A stretch of DNA of 64,000 bases, taken from contig OX597829.1 of the NCBI GenBank assembly GCA_951406725.2, forward strand, positions 46,004,001-46,068,000, written 5' to 3'. Positions within the stretch are counted from its first letter, which is position 1. Every line of letters starts with the position of its first letter. The stretch comes from Octopus vulgaris (Eukaryota). Shown in pieces: positions 28,588-40,942 of this stretch. Below the pieces are notes generated by a model. The model worked only from the letters and a program-made list of their open reading frames with translations, did not search any database and had not been told where the DNA came from. Position numbers and translations under genes: made by a program.

Positions 28588-28634
<47 letters not shown>

Positions 28635-28638
<4 letters not shown>

Positions 28639-29005
28639 GAAATGAGGTAATCAGAAGATCGGATGGTCTATATTTACAGATATTTATTTATATATTACAT
28701 TTTTTACATATATATCATATCATTTAGATCATAGTTTTGATATATGGTGGCTATGTTTTTACAGCATATGCTTTTCCAATAAGCATATTTGCGTTGGTTT
28801 AGAAGTTTGTTCCAGTCTTGGGGTTTTAAAGGTTTTTCTTTGTTTGTGTCAGTTTTTATTTCTTCGTCATTTGTTGTCCTTTGTGATTGGAGTGGTCCCG
28901 CCAGAAGATTTGTGTTGTCAGTTGTGTTTGCTTGATTATTTTTAGAGAGAATATTTTGTGTATGGATTGTATTTATTGTTAAAGCAATGTCTCTGGTATT
29001 CCCCT
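28635..29005 (-). mobile_element. Probable retroelement (possibly PLE) coding fragment adjacent to (TA)n
   Basis: N/T/K-rich peptide ending WNKLLNQRKYAYWKSI...IATIY, abutting a TA array; no diagnostic motif. Confidence 0.3.
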
Positions 29006-29014
29006 GGAAATGTG

Positions 29015-29708
29015 ATTCGGTCCTTATTACGAAGGTCATTATTGGTGACGAAACCTGCTGCTACGGCTACGACCCGGAAACGAAGCAGCAATCAAGTCCA
29101 TGGGAGTGTTCAATGTCACCACACACCACTACAAAATGCATCTAGGGAAGTCAAATGTCAAGACGATGCTGATTTATTTCATCGATGTGAAAGGAATTGT
29201 CCACACAGAATTTGTTCCGCCTGATCAAACTGTTTAAATATTTCCTTGGCTGTGCTGAAGCATTTTCGAGACGATGTGAGACGAAAACACCCAGGCCTCT
29301 GTCAAGGCGGAGAGTGACGATTTCATCACGACTATGCACCTTCGCATACCACCTTGAGTGTAAGACAGTTTTTGACGAAAAACGGCATGACCCCGCTTAC
29401 CCAGCCTCCCTATTCACCTGATCTTGCCCTCAGCGGCTTAAAAAATTTTGTTTGTCCGAATGAAAAAAGTATTTGAAGGAAAACCTTTTGTAGTTGTGGA
29501 AGAGTTGAAGAAAAATCGACCGAGGCGTTAAAAGGCTTCACTTCGCAAGAGTTCTAAGACTGGTTCGAACGGTGGAAAGCGCGCCTAGAAAACCGATACA
29601 TTGCTTAAAATGAAGAATACTTTGAAGGCGGTAAAAGTATAAACATGTAAAACTAAGTGAATAGAATAATATTGCAAACTTCCGGTTTCTTTTGGGTACG
29701 ACCTCGTA
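29015..29708 (+). mobile_element. Mariner transposon 3' half (pseudogenised DD34D-type transposase)
   Basis: VIIGDETCCYGYDPETKQQSSPW, KGIVHTEFVP, HDYAPSHT, QPPYSPDLALS; TIR-like end CCGGTTTCTTTTGGGTACGACCTCG|TA. Confidence 0.92.
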
Positions 29709-29752
29709 TATATGTACAAACATACATACTTATATATATATATATATATATA

Positions 29753-30040
29753 TGGCCTAGTGGTTAGGGCAGCGGACTCGCGGTCGTAGGATCGCGGTTT
29801 CGATTCTCAGACCGGGCGTTGTGTGTGTTTATTGAGCGAAAACACCTAAAAGCTCCACGAGGCTCCGGCAGGGGGTGGTGATCCCTGCTGTACACTTTCG
29901 CCAAAACTTTCTCTCACTCTTTCTTCTGTTGGCCTGCTCGCTTAGCCAGCGAGGTGGCGTCATTCGAAGGCTAAAACAATGCGAACGCATTGTGACCAGC
30001 GACGTGTAGCAACATCTGATGGTCTGGTCGGTCACGTGAT

Positions 30041-30048
<8 letters not shown>
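29753..30048 (+). mobile_element. SINE family B, short-tail type (OR2-like)
   Basis: tRNA-Arg-like head; 3' end GTCACGTGATCACGTGAT; homologous to 37338-37650. Confidence 0.85.
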
Positions 30049-30100
<52 letters not shown>

Positions 30101-30499
30101 TATGATGCAAAAGTTTCGTAAGTCCAAAACGTTCACCATTCCATATGCAACAGTTTCAGCGTAACAATAGCGTAACAATATTTTGTTGGTAGTATAAAAA
30201 TCGTAACTCCATGCATGTATGATATTTTCGGTCAGAAAATTTTTTGCAATTATAAACAAGGGAAAAGATGTATATTGCATGTGGGGATTGACGATTTAGA
30301 GTCTATTTCTCAGCATATTAGCATAGAAATCTTTTTCTTTTGCCCTTATTTATAATTGTTTATAATTTTCATCTTAAAAGATATTTTAATATGCTGGCCA
30401 CTTGAAATTTTTGAAATAAATTTGATCCAATATTAGAAGTATATATATATATATATATATATACATATATACATACATATATATGTATATATATATATG

Positions 30500-30532
<33 letters not shown>

Positions 30533-31005
30533 ATGTATATATATATATATATGTACATATATATATATATATATATAGATGCATATATATGTATAAGTAT
30601 ATTTATAAATATACATATATGTATAAGTATTATACACATACATACATATCCACACACACACACAAATATATATACATTTATATATGTATATATTTATACA
30701 TATATGTATATATATTTTCAAATGACCGTTAGCTGCTTCAGTTTTAGTTTATACACAACTAGACTCACATTCTTTAGTATGTCCTAACCTCTCCGCAATG
30801 ACACGAAGAGAGTTGCTTTAGCACTTTTGTTGGTGATGACAGACATTTCTTCATTGTTGAGGTATTTTCTACGTCCCATTGTTCCTAGAGAGGAAGTAGC
30901 TTTTAGTGTGGTTCACTCAAAAACTGAAGAATCTGAAATAAAATAGAAAGGACGTTACACAGAATAATGAAAACAGTAATAACCCCGGTTGTCAAGTGAT
31001 GGTGG

Positions 31006-31392
31006 GGGGAAGCACTCCGTCGGTTACGACGATGAGGGTTCCGGTTGATCCGAATCAACGGAACAGCCTGCTCGGGAAATTAACGTGTAAGTGGCTGAGC
31101 ACTCCACAGACACGTGTACCCTTAACGTAGTTCTCGGGGATATTCAGCATGACACAGAGAGTGACAAGGCTGGCCCTTTGAAATACAGGTACAACAGAAA
31201 CAGGAAGTAAGAGTGAGAGAAAGTTGTGGTGAAAGAGTACAGCAGGGATCACCACCATCCCCTGCCGGGGCCTCGTGGAGCTTTTAGGTGTTTTCGCTCA
31301 ATAAACACTCACAACGCCCTGTCTAGGAATCGAAACCGCGATCCTATGACCGCGAGTCCGCTGCCCTAACCACTGGGCCATTGCGCCTCCAC
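31006..31392 (-). mobile_element. SINE family B, long-tail type (OR1-like), nested in a family A SINE
   Basis: Reverse complement of 47018-47400; 16-bp TSD TGTCAAGTGATGGTGG (30990-31005 and 31393-31408). Confidence 0.9.
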
Positions 31393-31612
31393 TGTCAAGT
31401 GATGGTGGAGGACAAACGCAAACGAAAAGAAACACACACACACACACACACGAAGGGCTTCTTTTAGTTTCCGTATAGCAAATCCATTTATAATGCTTGG
31501 TCGGTCCGTAGCTGTAGAGACCACTCTTGTCTAAGGTGCCACGTAGTGGGACTGAACCTGCAACCATGTGGCATGGGAGGCAAACTTTTCAACTCACAGC
31601 CACCCATGCGCC
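31393..31612 (-). mobile_element. Diverged SINE family A, 5' half
   Basis: GGACAAAC...AGTTTCCGT...AAGGTGCCACGTAGTGGGACTGAACC...CAGCCAC. Confidence 0.8.
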
Positions 31613-32102
31613 TGCGTATTACATACTTCACCGGAAGAAGAACAAATGGAAATAATTTTTTTTTCCCACGTATTTACAGATTTTCGAGGCGTGTTTAAAC
31701 TACATTATTATTATTTTTCTTTCTTTTTTTGCAAAAAAAAACAAAACAAAACAAAAAAAAATGCAAAGAAACATTTTATAGACAAAACACCATTTTGGAT
31801 AGCGAATACATAGCCTCCAAGATATAACGTGATGCTACAGTCAATCATTGAAAGAAGGTTACATGCAAATGTTGGCATCATTCACATGACATGGATATTA
31901 TGAAATATATAGAATATAGTAACCTCAGCATTATTGAGATAATAGACAAACAACTACTTTCACCTTTTTTTTTCTTTTCTCCATTTACCTTCATCTCCCA
32001 CCCATCGTTGCAGACAATTTCTGTTTCATTAACACACGCCGAAACAGACCGATAGGCATTGTCACGAATATACATAGACCAAATATGAATACGCACGCAC
32101 AA

Positions 32103-32221
<119 letters not shown>

Positions 32222-32403
32222 TACATGCATATGCTCATATATATGTTCGTTTAATGGTGTATATACATATATGTGTGTATGTGTGTGTGTGTTTGTGTGT
32301 ATTTGTATATACATATATAAATATATACATATGCGCTATATGTATATTCCGTATAGAGATGAATTAAATAATATCTTTACATGTGTATGAATGAGTACAT
32401 ACA

Positions 32404-32404
<1 letters not shown>

Positions 32405-32496
<92 letters not shown>
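32405..32496. repeat. (TAA)n microsatellite
   Basis: Directly visible. Confidence 0.97.
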
Positions 32497-32499
<3 letters not shown>

Positions 32500-32692
32500 T
32501 CAATTATCACGGTTATTAAATTAAATGGTTTATACTCACGAACATATGTGTGTGTGTGCGGGTAGTTACTAGTATGTATACATACTCGTAACTACGCACA
32601 CACACATACATACACACACACACATATATATACATATATACATATATACTCATATATGTACATACATATATATATATGTGTGAATGGGGGTG

Positions 32693-32734
<42 letters not shown>

Positions 32735-32742
32735 CACCCCCC

Positions 32743-32774
<32 letters not shown>

Positions 32775-32780
32775 CCCCAC

Positions 32781-32812
<32 letters not shown>

Positions 32813-32930
32813 GGATATATGTGTGTATACATATATATATGTATGTATGTACGCATATCTAAAAGTACACATATATGAAAACTCACAAACACATGCACAC
32901 ACACACACACATATACAAACACACATGCAA

Positions 32931-32964
<34 letters not shown>

Positions 32965-33408
32965 CTGTATAGGGTGAGCATGTGTGTGTGCACATATGTA
33001 TGTAATTGCTAAAGTATAATAAATAAATAAATAAATAAATCAAAATGAAAAATATATATAGACAAAAAAAACAAACAAAACAAGCAATGGACAAAGCAAG
33101 AACAGAGAGAAAAACGTATAACAAAGCAATATGGAAAACAATTATTATATTTCACTGCACGAAATGGTAATGGTTCTTGTTCGCTTCAGGTGATGTGGTG
33201 AATATAAAGAAGATTCTAGTTTGGCAAGAACTTAAGGTATTCCTCAGCTTCGCTACGGTACTAAAGAGACTAATGTTTGCCAAGCGATAATTATAGCCAG
33301 TTTAAAAATAATTTAAGTCGGACATGTTTGGACAGCAGCCGTTTCAAAGCGATGTTTGTATGTATGTATGTATGTCTGCGTCCGTCGTGCGTCTTTGGGT
33401 GTGTTTGC

Positions 33409-33471
<63 letters not shown>

Positions 33472-33570
33472 GTTGTAAGTGGAAAGAAGTAAGAATATGT
33501 GTGTATATGCGTTTTAAGTTATTTGCATGCACACGCACGCATGCATGCACATACACACATACAAATATAT

Positions 33571-33651
<81 letters not shown>

Positions 33652-33671
33652 CACAGACATATATATATATA

Positions 33672-33908
33672 TAAAGTGTTCAAAAAGTCTCTCCGCAGTG
33701 AATTTGTTTCATCCTACGCATCACCATGGCGCTACTTCAAGAGTTTTTCGGTGAACGTATTATTTCGAAGGGACTTTGGTCACCAAGATCAACTGATTTA
33801 ACACCGCCAGCCTTCTTTTTCCTGGGGAGCAAGTAAAGGATCAGTGTACCAGAATCGCCCCTAAACCATTAAATGCTTACTGCGGAGAGACATTTTGAAC
33901 ATCCTCTA
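33672..33908 (+). mobile_element. Internally deleted Tc1/mariner-superfamily element
   Basis: TIRs TGTTCAAAAAGTCTCTCCGCAGT / ACTGCGGAGAGACATTTTGAACA with TA flanks; internal MALLQEFFGERIISKGLWSPRSTDLTPPAFFSWG (WPPRSPDLTP-type motif). Confidence 0.85.
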
Positions 33909-34189
33909 TATAACACATTCTCGCATGCAAACATAATATACATTCACACGCGCACACAGACGCGTACAGACATACATATACACACATAGACATGGCTATT
34001 TAGATGGGTATTTTTTCTCAAAATTATATTGGCGAGTGAGATTATTACTCGTAGCAGTAATTGTAGACACACACGCATACAGACATACACATACACATAC
34101 ATACATACATACATACATACATACATACATACATACATACATACATACATACATACATACATACATACATACATACATACATACATACA

Positions 34190-34223
<34 letters not shown>

Positions 34224-34451
34224 CATACATACATACATATATATATATATATTTATTTATACACACACACGTAAGTGCCGAACGATGAAAATAAGTGCTA
34301 CACACTCTATTGGTGGATAGAATTTCATTATTTTTGAATTAAGGCTACCATTGATTTCAAGTTAAGAGAAATAGGAAAATATTTTGATATCTTAACAATT
34401 TTTACGCGCGTATATATACATATACATACATACATACATACACACACACAC

Positions 34452-34502
<51 letters not shown>

Positions 34503-34584
34503 TTATCCACATGCTTCTTTTTCCTGGCTCTTTAATCCTTATCTGTTACCCTTCTTTCTTTCTACACTTCCATCTTTTTTTTTG

Positions 34585-34700
34585 TGTATATCCGACGAAA
34601 GACTATGTCCGAAACGTTATACTTTTACTCTTTAGCTTTCCCTTCATAACTGTAGACATTCCCTTCACTTTTGTTATTTTTGTATTTGATTATGATTTTT
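34585..34700 (+). mobile_element. PLE-type terminal remnant with degenerate hammerhead-like motif
   Basis: CCGACGAA-AGAC-TAT-GTCC-GAAACGTT followed by a U-rich tail, ~85 bp from (TA)n. Confidence 0.35.
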
Positions 34701-34999
34701 GTTACATTATTTTTTCTGATTTGCATTATTTTTCTTTTGTCTCTCTCTCCTCCCCCCTCTTTCTCTGCCTTTACATACACACAGATACACACACACACAC
34801 ATACACGCACATGCGTTTGGTGGGTTCTTCTGTCGAATCGAGATACCTGTTTTTTAGATGACCTACATAATGAGTTGTGTACATTATCATACCCTTATCC
34901 AATATTCTTTATTAGAGCCAGCGAGACACAATGAGTAAAAAGATTGGACTTTTAAATTACGCCTACAGTAACATCTCACCATTGAGTTCATCTACTTTC

Positions 35000-35300
35000 C
35001 GAATGCTTTCGTTATTCCCTTCTGCACTTTCAGTACTATGACCCAGGGATTCCAGAGTAGCTAGTCTACTACCCTGTCGTTCATACAGTCAACTGTTTGA
35101 ACCAATATGGGTTTTAGTACTACAAATACGCAGACATTAGAACAAGATTACTGTTATATAGCATCATCGTTTTTCCCCAATATCGGCTCTTTAGAATCTC
35201 TCTTTGGAGTCTGTTCTACATATGTTTGAACTGCAATATTTTAAAGAGAAGAGTAACCGCATCAATCTCACCAGTCTTTGAGGCTTGAAAGAATCTTGGA
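35000..35300 (+). mobile_element. Possible old CR1-like LINE fragment
   Basis: Weak IRTRL..YSIIVF...LESV resemblance to the CR1 RT C-terminus. Confidence 0.25.
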
Positions 35301-35371
35301 CTCTGTCCACATCTAATTAGCTACCTAGCTATCTACTTACCTACCTACCTACACACACACACACATATATA

Positions 35372-35423
<52 letters not shown>

Positions 35424-36164
35424 CACATAGATATCTATATATATATATGTACGTATATGTGTATACATACATATACATATAAGAGTGTATATATATATAT
35501 GTACATATATATTTTTTTTATAAAGTATATTTACTCTCTCTCACACACACACGTGTGTATGTGTGTGTGTGCGCGTGTGTGTAAACATATGATCGTCTAG
35601 TGAGAAACTGAAATACATAACAAAGTATATGAGAAAAGTTATCGAGAATATGCAAGGGGTAAAAGGCAATAAATACAAAAAAAGATGTGAAACATGATAT
35701 ATTACTTTGAAATAAAATATAACACATTACTTTAAATGTGATATTGAAATTATTAAACTTAACAAAAAAATGAAACAAAAAGCTGAAAGAATAGCGTAAA
35801 AACAATAAGCAATAATTACATTTCGGTAAAGAATTTTGTTAACACAACTTAATTATATAAATGGTGATAAGTAATATCAGATTAGAGAAGTGCAGACTAA
35901 ATGTAGAAATTTAAAATAATATTATATTATTATTTTTTCATCTCACAGTTATCCTCTATTAGTATGTGTTTGTGAGTGTACCTCCCCCCTTATATATATA
36001 TATATATATACAGAGACAAGTTATTGATATATATATATATATATATACATATATATACACACATACACATTGATATATATATATATATATATATATCTAT
36101 ATATATATATATATATATATACGGGCGCACACACACACAAGCACAAAAACACACACATATATAG

Positions 36165-36330
36165 ACGCAGGTGTGGCTATGTGGTAAGAAGCTTGCTTCT
36201 TAACCGCATGGTTCCGGGTTCAGTCCCACTGCGTGTCACATTGACCAAGTGTCTTCTATTATAGTCTCGGGCTGAACAAAGACTTGTGTGTGGATTTGGT
36301 AGACGGAAACTGAAAGAAGCACGTCGTATT
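36165..36330 (+). mobile_element. SINE family A, 5' half
   Basis: CGCAGGTGTGGCTATGTGGTAAG...GGAAACTGAAAGAAGC. Confidence 0.85.
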
Positions 36331-37337
36331 TATGTGCAAGTCATGCACTGCATACCCGTTTATCTTTTTATATAACTCAAAAATTAATTTAAGAACATAA
36401 CGTATTTATAACCACATTGAAAAGTTGTCCAAATTATTGGAAACTGAACTAAAATAGTTACTCTGTTTCAAAGAAAACCCGTCCAGATTCGATAATTTGC
36501 TGTATGCCCATTTTGCTTCCTTTAGGCATGCTTAATGAAAAATGCATATGAAATCTTTTGTCCTCTCCTTCCTGTTTTTCACTAACTATCATTTCTCTCC
36601 TGTCTATCTGTGAAGTCAATATGACTGGAAGATTCTTTTTTATATCTTGATAAAATAACTACGGAAGGGTATGCTCTGAGAAAAACGCATGTTACTTAAA
36701 GTTTGGGCTTTTCCCTTCCTTTCTATCAGTTCATTTTTGTCAACAATTTTTTTGTAATTGATGTCGCTATCATGACAGACTAAATGGTTGAATGGGTTTG
36801 AGCAAAACATATTAACAATCAAAAGTCAAGACTATTGAAAAGGTTGCAAGACGCAACGAAAATTTTAAGAAAATAATAATAAGAAATAAGTGGAAATTTT
36901 ACCAGTGCGTGTGTTAAATTATAAGGCATAAAAAGAAAATGACTCTCCCCAGACACAATAGAATATTAATAATCCCATAATTTTTAATTGGTCAGCTCAA
37001 ATATTGCCGTGACTTTGGAATATCTATTTCGCTCTGTCGTAAGTTTTGAAATTATTATCATTAACCGTCTTCGGTACTGGACAAATGTTCAAAAATTCTG
37101 AAATCATTAATATAATATAGTTAATTAATCTTTTGTTGATTTACTAAAATAATCTTTCCATTTTGTTGACACTGATTTACAATTCACGCGCACACTCACA
37201 CGTGCACAATTACTTTTATACGATGTCTTTAGGATTTTCAACACATTTGTCCAAATAAGTGAAACATACACACATAAACATAAACACACACATTTTTCAA
37301 TGTGTGTGTGTGCGTGTTTGTGTGTGTTTATGTACAT

Positions 37338-37650
37338 ATCACCGTGATCACCGTGACCGACCAGGCTATCAGATGTTGATACACATCGCTGGTCACAATG
37401 CGCTTCGCATTGTTTTAGCCTTCAAATGACGCCACCCCGCTGGCTAAGCGAGAAGGTCAACAGAAGAAAGAGTGAGAGAAAGTTGTGGCGAAAGAGTACA
37501 GCAGGCATCGCCGCCACCCCTGCCGGAGCCTTGTGGAGCTTTTGGGTGTTTTCGCTCAATAAACACTCACAACGCCCGGTCTGGGAATCGAAACCGCGAT
37601 CCTACAACCGCGAGTCCGCTGCCTTAACCACTGAACCATTGCGCCTCCAC
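37338..37650 (-). mobile_element. SINE family B, short-tail type
   Basis: Reverse complement of 29753-30048. Confidence 0.88.
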
Positions 37651-38154
37651 ATGTATATATCAATCATTTTGTATAAATAATTTTCTTTGACATTCTTTCA
37701 AATTTTCTTTCATCATTAGGTAAATGTAATTTACAATTCCTTCGTTTTCTCCTTGCATGTTGCGATATTTCACATCTTTACTACTCCCAACAAATGAAAA
37801 GAGACCCTAGGTTTTTGTTTCATGGTTTTAGGGATTTTTATGGTGTTGAATTTTCGCCGTCTTTCCACAGTGCATGTGTTTATGGATATGCGTTTATGCT
37901 CAATGAGCGCGAGACGTAGTATTTCAGTGCAAGGAGCTCAGTAAGTATCAGAAGAGGCTGCTCGAGAGAGATTGTCAATTGTTTTCCCGAAATTCGCAAG
38001 TAGCCTGATAAAGCAACCGATTAGCCTTTGACAGCGTAACGGTCTAAAACCATGGCCATAAATGTGTGCTCTTAGTTAAAAAAAGTTTCAAAATGATTCA
38101 GCTCAACCAATAAGTATTTATTGAATGACCAGCCTCAGAAGTCGCCGCATGCCA

Positions 38155-38209
<55 letters not shown>

Positions 38210-38355
38210 AATGTGACCGCGTGTGCTCCGTTGGCGATTTTTTTCCCTCCGTCTTCCCTTCCTTTGTTCTATCCTTTCCTGAGCGTCAAATAACACTATA
38301 CTTGTTACACGTCCTCGCGCTATTGTGTTTCCTCTTTGAGTTTTCATGTTTGGAT

Positions 38356-38398
<43 letters not shown>

Positions 38399-38435
38399 AT
38401 CTATATATATATATGTGTGTGTGTATATATATGTG

Positions 38436-38477
<42 letters not shown>

Positions 38478-38563
38478 TATATATATATATAGATTGATAT
38501 ATATATATATATATGCATATATATAAGTATGTATATATACCTATACATATATATATATACATA

Positions 38564-38609
<46 letters not shown>

Positions 38610-38647
38610 TTGCCTAATAGTGGTTTTATCTCTAACTTAATATAATA

Positions 38648-38783
<136 letters not shown>

Positions 38784-39404
38784 TACGTATATGTATATGT
38801 AATGTATATATTTAGAAATGGATGCGTCACGTTCGATTAAATAATAAATAATAAATAATATATATATATATATATAACCATCCTGTTGTAGGGAGGGTTT
38901 CAGAAAATCAGAGTAACCACTTTATATAAATGATACATTCTCGGTGACTAGTTTCATTTGTAAATTAATTTGTGTACGTGATAGTATGTTTTTTTCGTTT
39001 GATGTGATATCTTAGGAAGGATATCACATCAAACAGCAGAGCTCTTTATCAGAATGACAGTTGCAGCAAACAACTCATATTTATGTAATCTTTTTGCAAT
39101 CTGTCTATCGTCAGTAATTGAACACAGTTAGCTATTCATGGTGATAAAATGTGTTTTTTGTATGTCTCGTTTCCTACGATGTATTAATGTGTATTTTTTG
39201 CACGAAGGGCTTATAAGAGAAATTCTAAAGTCTAATAACGTAAAAATTTCGGTGGTTTTCTAACGAGACATCCAGCTTAAGTTCGATATAAAAATTTCGC
39301 TATTTCGGTACCAATGCGGCTTCCGTCGCTAATAATTAATTTTTAAGAACCTTACTAGTGTTATTTGCAACATCAGAGTCTGAAAAGTTGCTGATCTTCA
39401 ATAC

Positions 39405-39740
39405 ACCTTGGGCAAGTGTCTTCTACTATAGCCTCGGGCCGACCAAAGCCTTGTGAGTGGATTTGGTAGACGGAAACTGAAAGAAGCCTGTCGTATATAT
39501 GTATATACATATATGTGTATGTGTGTGTTTGTGTGTCTGTGTTTGTCCCCCTAGCATTGCTTGACAACCGATGCTGGTGTGTTTATGTCCCCGTTACTTA
39601 GCGGTTCGGCAAAAGAGATCGATAGAATAAGTACTGGGCTTACAAAGAATAAGTCCCGGGGTCGTGTTGCTCGACTAAAAGGCGATGCTCCAGCATGGCC
39701 GCAGTCAAATGACTGAAACAAGTAAAAGAGAGAAAAGAGA
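39405..39740 (+). mobile_element. SINE family A, 5'-truncated
   Basis: Starts at CACCTTGGGCAAG; tail GTAAAAGAGAG. Confidence 0.9.
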
Positions 39741-39985
39741 TATCATATCATAGCAGCGATATTTGACTGGCATGCGGTGACTGGACGACTCCCACTGAGG
39801 AGATCCAATAGACGGAAATCATGTGATATCATAATTCTGGTATCCACGACAGACATTTCTCGTATGCTATGATCTGTGTGTGTGCCGTTATGCACCAAGC
39901 GCCTATATGAAAGGATTTCTCAAGGCTAATAACGCAGTATTCAGCTTCTTAAAAGACATCCATGTTAAGTTCGATATAAAGATTA

Positions 39986-40027
<42 letters not shown>

Positions 40028-40103
40028 CACAAAAAGAGTACTCAAATACCAGTGGTAGAGTAATATGCTTTATTTAAAGCAAAAGCAGAAAATTCAACAA
40101 AAT

Positions 40104-40141
40104 CTGTTACTCTGAGTTTCTTGTTGCCGTTCATCAGACAG
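40104..40141 (-). ncRNA. Minimal type I hammerhead motif with damaged stem II
   Basis: Minus strand CTGT-CTGATGA-ACGGCAACAA-GAAAC-TCAGA-GTA-ACAG; stem I CTGT/ACAG; near-palindromic ACTCAGAGT stem III. Confidence 0.6.
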
Positions 40142-40771
40142 TTTTATATACAATTATAAATATATACAATTATAAGTAAGGGCAAAAGCAAAATATTCTA
40201 TGCCAATATGCTGAGAAATAGTCTTTAAATCGTCAATCACCACTTACAATATACATCACTATGAATACACATTGTGTTGAATCAAGGATAGCAAGCTAAC
40301 ATAATTTTTTAAAAATGCGTTATCTCTGTATTGATCAATTTCGAGATTAATCCAACGGATTTTATTCTTATCAGTAGAGAATACGATAAGAAATAAATTT
40401 AATACTTATATATATATATATATATATATATATAACAAATGAAAGACAGAAGATGGAATACACAAGAATTTATTATTAATCACGACAATTGTTTCGACAA
40501 ATCTCGCATCGATTCCTCACAGAGAAGTCGCATTGCGAAATAGTCATTTTAACGAGTTGTATATATTTATCACCGGACGAGATACATCTCTACCACCTGA
40601 TGGTCCTGAACCAGTTGTTGAGTGTACCACCCACAAGGGATCGATTCTAGATGCGTCAGAACAATTGTCGTGTTTAATAATATGGTCTCGGATATTCCAT
40701 CTTCCATTTTTCACTTGCCATATACATATGATAACTGCGAAAGTGACCGTGCTTTAGCAGTAAGCTACGAG

Positions 40772-40812
<41 letters not shown>

Positions 40813-40899
40813 TATTAGAGACAAAACCACTATTTTGCAAAACAAACAAGGAAAGACTTAATCAATACATAAAATTTTAATAAATAGTCAAAAAAACCG

Positions 40900-40942
40900 C
40901 CACTACAATCGTTTCTTGTCTTGATCGACAATCTTCAGGTGG
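40900..40942 (-). ncRNA. Type I hammerhead ribozyme motif (left arm)
   Basis: Exact reverse complement of 44230-44272. Confidence 0.75.

Noticed and set aside
37860-38158. Possible hAT end (CAGTGGCATG on the minus strand)
   Set aside because: No second TIR, TSD or convincing transposase motif seen.
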